Of a stretch of 64,000 nt of DNA, positions 52,589 through 63,128 are shown in pieces. The position numbers were made by a program, and so were the translations under genes. This DNA comes from Dicyema japonicum (Eukaryota > Animalia > Dicyemida). Position 1 is the stretch's first letter; the number at the start of each line of letters is the position of its first letter. Location of the stretch: NCBI GenBank assembly GCA_011109175.1, contig RDEW01000003.1, forward strand, positions 1-64,000, read 5' to 3'. The notes beneath the pieces were generated by a model. It saw only the letters and a list, made by a program, of their open reading frames with translations. It was not told the origin of the DNA and did no database searches.

Positions 52589-53184
52589 GTTTATCAACTA
52601 TGAAAAAAATTATTCAAATGTACATGGTCAAGAAAATATAACTAATTTTAATTAAATAACTTTTTTTTGACCAAAATAAAAGTTTAGATTTAAAAAATTA
52701 AATTAACTCAAGATTATCTTATTTCAGTAATTAATCGTGATTCGATTGATATGATTTTGACATATGACATTGATTGACACATGATTTGTTGCGCGTTCTG
52801 CATGGTTGCTCACAGTGTGCGTTCTTCATGTCAGATAGAAAAACAGATTCAAATTACAAAGCTTAATCTTTCAATAGTTTTTAAGTGGAGATATAATATT
52901 GTTTGTCGATCCACTTGTTCTTCATACAAGACCTGAGTTAAAAGCTCGCGGAAATTATCCAAGGATCTCAGACTGTAACTCGCAAGACTGGAGTGCTAGC
53001 TGTTTTGATTGTCACAGCACAATTATATCCAAGAAAAAAAAAGAAAATTGTTGAGGTTTTTGATCTCAAATAACAAGGACTTGAAATAATGATTCCAAAA
53101 TTAGAAAAAGTGGAAAGGCTTTTCCAGAAATGGGATGAAAGTAACAGCTCTTTTCACGAGAGCCATAATATTTCTAGAACCGGA

Positions 53185-53460
53185 TAGGCAGTACACACAC
53201 TTTTTTGAGCTAAGAACAGTTATATTGACTAATCGTAGTAAGGAGGAAAAAACCAAGGAATGTCTTTTAACTTCTTTTTCTTGTGTGCGAGTTCTATTCC
53301 GACGATCCGATTTCACAGTGAAGCATTCACAGATGATGGCGTCACTCGTCATACCCAAAGCATCATAGATGCGTGGAATCTTCAGTCGGAATTTACAGCA
53401 GCGAGATTCGAACCCGGGGTCATCAGTACTTTGCCCTGTGCTTATGACACTCGCCAAGCT
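53185..53460 (-). mobile_element. Full-length tRNA-derived SINE-like element
   Basis: Minus strand begins AGCTTGGCGAGTG (A-box-like), then CCCCGGGTTCGAATCTCG (B box / T arm), the shared body, and a 3' end GTGTG..TGCCTA. Confidence 0.78.
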
Positions 53461-54174
53461 TATTGAAGTTATCTGAAATAAGTTTCGATATTCACTTTGC
53501 CTAGAATGAGCAATATATTTTCTATTATATTACTGGGCGATATTAGATCCCGGAAATATATTTCTAGAAATTTTCCATCTTCTAATGGACTTTCTGAGAT
53601 CACTTGATGAGTTGGGTTTGACATCTTTTGTAGTGATCTTGGGTTTTTTTAAATAAATAAAAACATTTACTAAATTCTAACCATTTATTAACGCGGTATT
53701 CGTCTCAGGATAGCAAGATCAACTGTGGGAGCCACTGAGTTTCACGAACGTCATAGCTTGTGTGTGTTGCTGAATAAAAAATTTAAGCAAAAAAAGATTT
53801 CCGGTTCAAGCTGTAAAGAGCTTTAGTTAAACAGTCACAATCAGGTTAGTAATTAAGTTAATCTGAAAATCCCCTATGTATTATTATTAAAGAAAATAGT
53901 CAAAAATATGGTGCTCTATTGAAAGTCGACTAGAATTTCGATAACTATAAGGATCGTTAACCTTTTTATAAAATGATTGAGATTTCCATATTACGCATAG
54001 TGCTTGTTTTTATTTTAGGTTTTTTGAATGTTAATTTAAATTCATTAAAAATATTAATATAATGATAAAATGAAAAATAATTTATTTCTATTAAATTAAA
54101 ACATTTTTAAAAATAATTCATTTAAATAATAATCGAAATAAAATATCGGTTGATAAAATAATAAGCCATTATTA

Positions 54175-55964
54175 ATGATTTCGAAAATAAGTTGGTTTTA
54201 TAAGAATTTATAGCAATTTCGCTATATTGCATCAATATAATAATAAGCATGTTAGGAGAACGTGATTTTTATCAAAGCGAAAATACAGGTACATATTAGA
54301 AAATTATCATTTAACCGCATTTTCATAATTATGCTATTTTAGAAAGTGAATCAGCTAACAATTTTGATATTTCGAATAAAAGCAATGAAGGTATACGTTA
54401 ACAAATTTTTATTTCACCATTTTTTTCATAATTGTTATTTTAGATGAATCAATTAACACGGATGATACTTCCAATCTAGGTATATGCTGACAAATCATCA
54501 TTTAATCACTTTTTATGATTATACTATTTTAGGCAAGAGTGTCTATGGAAATGTTGTCATTAAAAAAAGTAAAGATTAATAAAATATCATTAACCACTAT
54601 TTCATTACTTTAGAAACCGAAACACCTATGGGAGAAGACGCTGTTGATTTTTCCAACAAAAGTATATATTAGCAAATTATCATTAACCACTATTTCATTA
54701 CTTTAGAAACCGAAACACCTAAGCGAAAAGACGCTATTGATTCTTCCACCGCAAGTATATATTTGCAATTATCATTTGACTCATTTTTCATAATTATGCT
54801 ATTTTAGAAGCTAAAACAGTTAACACTGATGATATTTCGGGTAAAAACTCAGGTACACGTTAACAGATTTTTATTTCACCACTTTTTCATAATTGTTATT
54901 TTAGATGAATCAATTAACACTGATGATACTTCCAATCTAGGTATACAATGACAAATCATCATTTAATCACTTTTTATGATTATACTATTTTAGGCAAGAG
55001 TGTCTATGGAAATGTTGTCATTAATAAAAGTAAAGATTAATAAAATATCATTAACCACTATTTTACTTTAGAAACCAAAACACCTATGGGAGAAGACGCT
55101 GTTGATTTTTCCAACAAAAGTAAATATTAGCAAATTATCATTTAACCACTATTTCACTACTATAGAAAATAAAAAACCTACTGGGGATGACCAAGTTTCC
55201 ACCGAAAGTATATATTAACAATTACCATTTAACCACTTTTTCTTTACCTTAGAAAATAAAGAACCTGATGGGAAGGAAGATATCTCTGTTAAAAGTAAGT
55301 ATTTTACCAATTTTCGTTACTTTAGATAATGCAAAACCTGATGGCAAAGATGCAATTCCCACTGGAAGTAAATATTAACAAATTATTTTACAATCTCTTA
55401 TATATTACTTTAGAAAATGGTTTAAACCGAGGAATCTCCACCACCCAAGCACAAACTGGTACATACTATCAGATTATCATTTAATCACTTTTTTATAATA
55501 TAACTTTAGATTATACATTTTTTCACACCACACGTACAACTACACGTAGTACTCCCACAAGTACCTACTAACAGATTATTATTCCATTACTGTGATAATT
55601 ATTCTAGAAAGTACAACTACTCAAAATATCTTAATTCGTTTTAATGGTACATATTAAAGGATTATTATTTAATCACTTTATAATAATTATATTAGAAAAT
55701 GAACCTGATTTTCCTAGGAAAGGTAAAAAAATCATTATTTTATCATTTTCATATAATTTATTACTTTAGATGATGACGCAGAATCTATTCCAAAGAAAGG
55801 TATTGACAATTCATTATTTAATCACTGTTGTGCAGTTTATTACCCTTTAAGATAAATCATCGGCTGGTGGAAGCTATAATATTCCAATGAAAGGTATTTT
55901 ATTAATATTTTTATTTTCAGGAACCTTAACCCTTTTCCTTTGGGTAGTACTAGTTACCTTCTAA
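54175..55964 (+). CDS. Micro-exon gene: 21 exons, ~291-aa predicted secreted/GPI-anchored low-complexity (S/T/D/E/K/N-rich) surface protein
   Basis: Manual splicing of 20 GT-AG introns gives one open frame from ATG 54,175 to TAA 55,962-64. Internal exon lengths are 75,48,36,36,48,48,45,36,36,48,42,42,42,45,51,39,27,30,42 nt, all phase 1-1. N-terminus MISKITISLYCINIIISMLG; C-terminus DKSSAGGSYNIPMKGTLTLFLWVVLVTF*. Confidence 0.9.
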
Positions 55965-56039
55965 CTTACTCTATCATGGACATGTGTTTTTACTAAATAG
56001 AATTTTCTCAGTCATTTTTTATGCTAGCCAAATCACTAG

Positions 56040-58470
56040 CTTAGTCATTAAGTTTCAATTTAACATCAAACGGTATTTATTCGTACGTTCCTTGAGTAGA
56101 TACTAACAGGACAATCGATAATAAACAGGAGGTTCAACTTTATAGTTAGATACTAGATCTGATTTATTGTGTGAATGGTTACGTATACGTTACTAGATGT
56201 AATGGGGGTATTGTAAAGGAACTAGCTGACAAATTTTATGCTGTCATTATTCTCGCATGGACTGCGGTTATCACTAATAAAGTGTGCTATTTATGTGAGA
56301 ATTCGGTAAATTCAGTAAGATTTTTGGAACAAGAGTAAGTTAGGAACTGTTTAATATTTACAAAATTACGCAGTTTTGTGTCAAAATGATACAAAAGGGA
56401 CTATTTATCTCCCCCACTTTACTAGAAGGGTTTCCACAACTGCAAGGACAGAACGTTTTCTTCTCTTTTCATTGGTTTTGGATGGCCCTGTGATATAGGG
56501 AGGTCTCTGCTTCTGTGACCGTGGAAACAGGATGCATTTAATTAGTTATTAACTTATTTCTGTGCGTATCCGGCTTATTAAAACATCACTAACATGCTTT
56601 CATAATAAAATAAGAGTCATTATTAAAAATCTCTGAGCTAATATTTCCTAAGAGCCATTTGCTGGACTTTGTAAAATTTTCATTGTACAAATTTTCCCAT
56701 AAGTTGGTTCGAATAGACACACCAAGTCATCATCTTCAATTGTTTTTTTAACAAACTCACTTAAATTGTATGAAAAAATATACCGAGCACTTAATAGAGG
56801 ACAAAAACCTTTCATAGTCAAATAAGGCTCTAGTCTTAGAATCATTCGGATTCTAGTGCTTTTAATGGGAAGCTAGCTCTGAGTGAACATATTGAGAAAA
56901 CAGCTATCCACGATTAAGAATATTTGTCCGATAAAAATCTAAGTCTCTCCAGAATTGAAAGAACCCGGAAGATCATCCGTCTGAAAGTTACATGCATAGG
57001 ATAATAGTTAATGTCGCTAATAAAGCATAACTCTCAAGCAAGGTAGTTGTATTTGTGCGATTTTTTCAACTTTAATGATCTTAATCTCATTCTTCATTTT
57101 TAATATAATAAATATCAGACAAAACCTTTGATCCAAAGTGAGGTGAAGTAGGCATTACGCACATTTATATGCCTCTACCTAAATAACTACCGAGAAAGAT
57201 GGTAATAGTAACCAATTTAGTTAGGTAATCCCAGTTCTCCTTATCACCCTTGGCATATTTATCAGCAAGGGACCCCATTTTCTGATTAATTAACCCCACG
57301 GTTAACTGGTCGTTCAAATATCTTGATTTAATAATTTTCGAAAAAAAATTCATAAATTGAGAGGACTAAGCCATTATTAATGAAATTAAACACAAGTTGA
57401 TTATATCCCCCTCACACCAAATCATTTTATTGGATCCGTGCGAGCGTCTGTGCTTCGCTTTTACGTTCTTAACTGCCAGCTTAACTTGAGGGGCTGAGAA
57501 AGTAAATAATGTTGAGTATGGCTGTGATTGGCTAATGTGGGGTTAATTATTGAACAGCCTGTAGTCAATATCCAAAGGTCACCTTGATGTACTCAAAGTT
57601 GAATTAACAATATTCTTCATTAAATCTAACGAATAATATTTTATTTAAAATAAATAATGATAACAATCTTTGCCTTCTTAACTTCCTGTAATCTACCTGA
57701 CTCAGGAGACGTTCAGTGCCTGGCCGGCATTATAAAGGGACCCTCTTTCCCACTCAAGTTGGAGGGTTCTCACATTGACTATTATTGATAAACATGATTA
57801 TTGGAAAGGTTGCTTCCAAATCCTCCTGGAGTAACTGGATAAAGGCTTTTAAATAAACTCAAATCCTTGACTCATATATTCAAGTACCGGAAATCAAGAA
57901 GAAAAGAAAGCTAATAGTAAAGAGTCCAAGGGATAAGGTAGGACATAAGATGCGCAAGCCCCAGCTTAACATTACTCCTTTTTTTAATGAAGTTTGGTAT
58001 TCGTAGTATTCACTTTTGTGATTATGTACGCTCCTTTTGCAAACGAATTGAAGATATTCCATCGATGCAAAGTTAATGTTATTCTTCATGCAAGTTCCAC
58101 GAGACTGTTTGGGCATATCCTGAGAATGGACACTACCCCTCCCCTTTATTTCTAATGACATTATGTATAAATTGGTCTTGTTCATTTGATGGATTTCTTT
58201 TAAGCATCATCATAAAATCAAACCTTCGTAAAAACTCTCAATTATTTTTTACTCCGATTAAATTCCATTTAAAAAATTTTAAAATAATATTCAACAGCTT
58301 CAAGCCAACTTTCCCGTCTGGTCAGAAATACTTCAGGTGGATATTCAATTTCAATAAATCTTTATCTTCTTGTGTTGATTTTTATTCGCATGGCACCACA
58401 TGGGTAAATAATTTAATTTCGATCACTTTGCGAGTTGATATAAAATTCGCCAGTAATTTTAAATAATGAA
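56040..58470. other. Unresolved region: possible intron-rich minus-strand gene remnant mixed with repeat fragments
   Basis: Short minus-strand ORFs (56648, 57165, 57880) with plausible short introns; one RALFDYE (SH3-like start). An RTE-like RLFGHILRMD fragment lies at about 58,100-58,140 (+). No coherent model obtained. Confidence 0.25.
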
Positions 58471-58496
58471 TTTTATTAAGTTCCAAACCAAAAAAC

Positions 58497-58719
58497 CATG
58501 AGGTCCCGGGTCCGAATCTCGCTATTTTTTATTCGCTTCCACGCATCTACGATGCTTCTGGGTTGACGAGTGACGTCTTCCTCAGTGTGTCATCACTGCA
58601 GAACTGATCTTATAGGACTCGCACACAAGTAAAAAGAAAAGAACGGGAAGTCAAGAACATTTTCAATGGCTTGGATTAGTTAGCACGATTGTTCTTAAAT
58701 AAAGTGTGAGTTCTGCCTA
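58497..58719 (+). mobile_element. Third copy of the tRNA-headed SINE-like repeat (head partly truncated)
   Basis: GAGGTCCCGGGTCCGAATCTCG head, same body, ends AATAAAGTGTGAGTTCTGCCTA. Confidence 0.78.
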
Positions 58720-58742
58720 AACTGAGGTTTAACTAATGGAAA

Positions 58743-59542
58743 TGTCGCACACCATTATGGTTACGCATTCCATAACGGTTACAGTGATAAATAAGGTCAG
58801 TCAAGACCACTGTATTAACTATTGATTTTATTTTATATCAATAATAAAGATCACTGACCTTGTTAAACAGAATCGATCGCTCACCACGAAGAGGAAAAAT
58901 GATAGAATTAAATTAAATTACATTAAAATACACATACATACATAAAGCTGGGAGAATAAAGATTAAAAAGCTGGGAGAAAAGTTCCGAAAAAGATTAATA
59001 ATAAAAAAAGGAGGAAGGGTCTAGGTGTGGAGTCCAAGCCTTATGGTAGGACTCAGATGTAATACCCTCCAGAAATCTCCTTAACTCTTTTGTCAATAAA
59101 TCGTTGTTGTTGTTACATTAAAATATTTCCAAAGACCAATGGTAACCAAACTAACTAACTCCTTGATCACTCGTTCCAGCATTCCAGAACTTGTCACCAG
59201 GTAACGACGTTGTCCCCGGGGAAAGAATTTTTGGATCCTCTTGATGCCGGACAGGCATTGGGCGCCTCCTCAGTAAGGTGGATCCAGTGACGCCATCAGA
59301 AGGAAGGAAAATAATTTTGACAAACAATCCACGTAGCACCACATGGCGCCTAACGTTTTTTTGATAAAAAAAGAAAAAGAAACTGGCTGAGTGAGCGCAT
59401 TTCTTTGAAAATCGTCAGGGGAAATTCGTTCTCCAGTAATTGCTAACTGTTAATTTTTGTCTTTAATTGGCTCAATTAATTCTTAAAAAAAATGTCAAGT
59501 ACTGTAACGTTTATCTTAATGTAACCGTAATGGCATGTGACA
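58743..59542. mobile_element. 800-bp non-autonomous TGT...ACA element with ~42-bp imperfect TIRs and a 5-bp TSD
   Basis: Left end TGTCGCACACCATTATGGTTACGCATTCCATAACGGTTACAGT; right end reverse complement TGTCACATGCCATTACGGTTACATTAAGATAAACGTTACAGT; GGAAA on both flanks (58,738-42 and 59,543-47). Confidence 0.8.
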
Positions 59543-59764
59543 GGAAACATTACTACTCCTTGGCGGCAGGGCTGTTATTATTAAACAATGATTATGACTT
59601 TATTGACAAAAATCGCCCCACTAATAATAATCAATTAAAACAATAAATTTGTGTCAATCGTAAGCAAGCTATTTTGAGTCACAATCGATATAATACTAAT
59701 TTATTTTTTTAATGACACCGAATATAAATAAAAAGTCTTGGATAAGGGAATCTGGAGCATCGTT

Positions 59765-59990
59765 GAAATATACTGAGAATGGAGTTGGTATCTCCACCAA
59801 ACAGAGCAATGGAAAGCTGTTATATCTGTCAAGATGACAGTTTTCGTGGAAGGCCAAGGATAACTTTGCCTGTCGTCCTACAAAAGGATTTCAAAATTTA
59901 AAGAAAGAATTGAAATCCACGACGACTTGGATTCATTAGTGCCCTGGCTAACAATAGAGATGTTTGGAATAGGTTGACATCCCAAATTGT
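59765..59990 (+). mobile_element. RTE-X 3' fragment
   Basis: ILRMELVSPPNRAM...FRGRPRITLPVVLQKDF...ALANNRDVWNRL. Confidence 0.75.
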
Positions 59991-60249
59991 TTATTTTGCT
60001 GCACATACGGGGATAAGTTCTTAATCATAAAATTCATGAAAGAGGCTTTATCCAGTTCCAACAATGGGAGTAGGACAGATCTTTTCCAAACATCACGTCA
60101 ATCCATATCAGCCATTGTAGAAACCACTCCATTGGAGTATAAAAACGAGGAGTTTTTTGATGTCGACCAGTTATTGGGTGTTACCTAAATTAGGTGTATT
60201 CTTTTAGGAATTTAAGAAGGCGAAAAAGAATTCTTTTACCAAGTGACCA

Positions 60250-60345
60250 GTGGGTGATCGGATTGGCCCAATGATCCAAAGGATCACCAAGGATCTGCTT
60301 GAGACTAGATGGCTTCTAGAGCGTATCTCGATAGCTAAAAAGTAA
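60250..60345 (+). mobile_element. Short CRE 3' fragment (second family)
   Basis: IGPMIQRITKDLLETRWLLERISIA resembles IGSMIQAVTKDPRETGWFRERISLA. Confidence 0.6.
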
Positions 60346-60439
60346 TTGAATTTTGTAATTTATTAATGTGTCAAGAAATCACAAAAAAGTAAAATATTAA
60401 TTTACATAATCTCAACTTAACCATTAAGTGTATAAAGTA

Positions 60440-61739
60440 TTATTTTTTTCTGAAAATTTTTTTAACACGATCCTTAAATTTACTGAAAAGCACACAGCAT
60501 CTAAGAATAATGGGCAAAAAAACCTATTCCCTCTATCCGCATGTGATATCAATCCACTATCCCCTAATTTCTAAAAATTAATTAAATATATACATCTTTC
60601 GAAGGGAAGTGTGGAGAAGACACATTAACACGTACACGCGGCTTATTGATTATATAACTATACCACAGCAGCATGTCTTCCGATCCAGTCAAAGCCCCAA
60701 TCACAGGTGGAATTCTTTCTATTTAGTAGTTTATGGAACATTCCTCGCAAATTGCTGTAATCAGGTTTCTCGACAAACCCAAGTCCTCGACAGTATGTTA
60801 TATACGAATTGAATTCGCCTAATAATCACTATTCACTATGTACTAGGGAATCCGTGACATAAATCAGAAACAGAGACAGTCTGTTTCGTTTCTCCAATCT
60901 TTCTATATCGTTCAGTCGTGGTTTCTGCTTTGAGTCCCTGCCAAGGAAGAGTCCCTCTCAGAAAGTACATAAGCATATGTCCAAGTGACTCCAAATCATC
61001 CCTCCTACTTTGCTCTATTTATCACAATATGTAGTGACCTATCCCAAGATGTGTATTCACGCTCATATATCTTGCTGTCCCAGTGAGGGCTTTGTGTTCT
61101 CTATATGGCACGTGGTGGCCAGACACGGGGTTTATGTACTCTTTCGCCAAACCAAAGTCGACAGCATGAACAATATGTGTTTTGTTGGATGATTGATGAC
61201 CCACTAGAAAGTTCTCTGGTTTGATATCTCTGTAGATTATTGCTTGTTCGTGAATAAATTCAAGTCGATGTAGCTGTTAAGTGTATCATAATCATACTAA
61301 TTGTATTGCAATCATACAAACTGTTTTCACTGAAAAACGACGATTGCAGCTGTCAAATAAATTCTCAAGAGTGGGGCCCAACAATTCCATTACAAGAGCA
61401 TTATAGTTATTTGTAGAACCATAGTAGAACACGTGGGGGATGCCCTCTGGTGTAAATCACCAATAAACCTCCACCACGAAGTCTTCCGTAAAATTGATAT
61501 TCCTTGTGAAGCTGGACAGACTTTGAATTTATTAATTCCTTTAATAAATTTAATAATAAATACAAGTTTAATGGCCACATATTCGTTAGTATACAAATTC
61601 CTCCCTTAAGATTAAGACTAAAAACACGACCTAATCTGATCTCTCCAAAGTTGCCAGAACCAATCTTTCTTCCCACTCTGTAGTTCGATCCGATCATAAG
61701 TATTCCTTTATCATAATTTGCCTGTTTCCTGTCCTCCAT
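60440..61739 (-). CDS. CSNK1G: Casein kinase I gamma (gilgamesh-like)
   Basis: [25 protein letters not shown]; [39 protein letters not shown]; EKPDYSNLR; predicted C-terminus [20 protein letters not shown] (Cys/basic, gamma-type). The C-terminal exons are a manual model. Confidence 0.9.
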
Positions 61740-61881
61740 TATGTTAAGTAGGAATGTCTCACTACATAAAACATTAAGTTATTAAAAAATAATTTACAAT
61801 TTGTTTATAATTAAATATTTAATAATTTCGTTTTGTCTTTTGTTGTACTATTTGCCAATAATAAATTAAAAATCATAGTTC
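61740..61881. promoter_or_regulatory. 142-bp divergent intergenic region, putative bidirectional promoter
   Basis: Separates the ATG of CSNK1G (-) from the ATG of the STE20 kinase (+); AT-rich with a CCAAT at about 61,856. Confidence 0.5.
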
Positions 61882-63128
61882 ATGGATCCCAAAAAGTTAT
61901 TTGAAAACCTCGAACTAATTGGAAAAGGGTCATTTGGGACAGTTTATAAGGCCTTGGATACTTCCAATGGGAAAACAGTTGCCCTTAAACTGATGGATTT
62001 GAATATTATTGAAATGGAAGTCGAGGACATTCAAAGAGAATTGGCCGGTTTATCCCAAAGTCACTGTCCTTTTATAACGCAATATTACGCCTCATATATT
62101 CAAGTATAAGATCTCTCATAGTTAAAGGATACTACATTATGGATTTCTATGGAATATATGAGTGGGGGGTCTGTTGCTGATTTATTACTTGAGGTAACTC
62201 TTAATGAGGCTCAAGTGGCCATTATTGCAAGCAACGTCTCCCAGGCTCTTATTTATCTACATTCAAAGAGTGGACGAATTCACAGAGACGTTAAATGTAT
62301 AAAATTAACTTAAAATGAAGCTGCGAATATATTACTTTCTGAGACGGGGACGTCAAATTGGCTGACTTTGGCTCCTGTGGAGTAATTAGTGGAACTGATA
62401 AACGGAGTACATTTGTTGGGACTCCTCTTTGGATGGCACCTGAAGTCATTCTTCAGCAGGATTATGATTATAAAGTAAATCAGCTTTTTATTCTCAGATT
62501 GATATTTGGGGGTTGGGAATTACTTGTATTGAAATGGCTATGGGAAAGCCCCCACATTCTGACAAGCATCCAATGAAAGCTCTATTCCTTATCCCCCATT
62601 CAGACTCACCTCAGCTTCCTCCAACTTTTTCGAAGCAATTTCGACAATTCGTGGATCTCTGTTTAAACAAGGACCCTCGTGATGTAAGAATAACTTAGCT
62701 CATGCTAGCGACCACATGCAGAAGTATTAGTGAAGCATCCATTTCTACGAAAGTGTAAGAAGAAACATCATTTGGTTGAAATTATTAAACGATCACGTTC
62801 TAACATTTCCCCAACCATTCCATCCGATTCCTCTCCTAGTGACGATGGGGATTGTGGTAGTCTCCTCTCTCCTATCACTCACTTCAGTTTTTAATAACAC
62901 TGTCCTCTCATCTCCCCCCGCTCGTAACAATTTCCTTACTGATTTCATAAATAATGTAGTTTTATGGTAATCGTTTAGTTCATGAATAATTACAGTTCTG
63001 TACAGTTTAGCGTGTTTGACGGATTGATTAGCTCCCTTCAGTCAATATCGTCAACGAATCCATATTTTAATGACAATTTGGCAAATATTATTGTTACGAA
63101 TTTTGCATCCACCAAGACATCACTATAA
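61882..63128 (+). CDS. STE20-family GCKIII kinase (STK24/STK25/STK26-like); short introns
   Basis: [23 protein letters not shown]...VEDIQRE; IHRDVK; LADFG...[17 protein letters not shown]; [13 protein letters not shown]. The manual exon chain ends at TAA 63,126-28. Confidence 0.9.

Larger units (their letters stand above)
50132..52797 (+). mobile_element. Degenerate integrase-bearing (Ginger2/GIN-like) element bounded by 34-bp inverted repeats and disrupted by nested inserts
   Basis: Remnants ERFKLDLIDLK...YK*MLTVIDAYSK (about 50,480-50,580), TVHSSSGKTPFEMYRG (about 51,370-51,420) and YFKRMNKK (51,531 ORF). Inverted repeats at 50,132-50,165 and 52,764-52,797 with 2 mismatches. Confidence 0.55.

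Noticed and set aside
53420-53432. CTGATGA hammerhead-like core on the minus strand of the SINE head (and TGACGA...GAAA in the body)
   Set aside because: Followed by GAAT rather than GAAA and better explained as a tRNA T arm; stem II geometry in the body is non-canonical.
54289-55460. Repeat-spacer-like periodicity resembling a CRISPR array
   Set aside because: The repeats are degenerate GT-AG introns and the spacers are in-frame exons in a eukaryotic context; no cas genes.
57722-57770. GGCCGGCAT, like the start of an HDV ribozyme
   Set aside because: No complementary P1 strand or L3 motif downstream.
59344-59356. TGGCGCCTAACGT after CA, resembling a tRNA-Lys primer-binding site
   Set aside because: No gag/pol or second LTR nearby, and it lies inside the TIR/TSD-defined 58,743-59,542 element.
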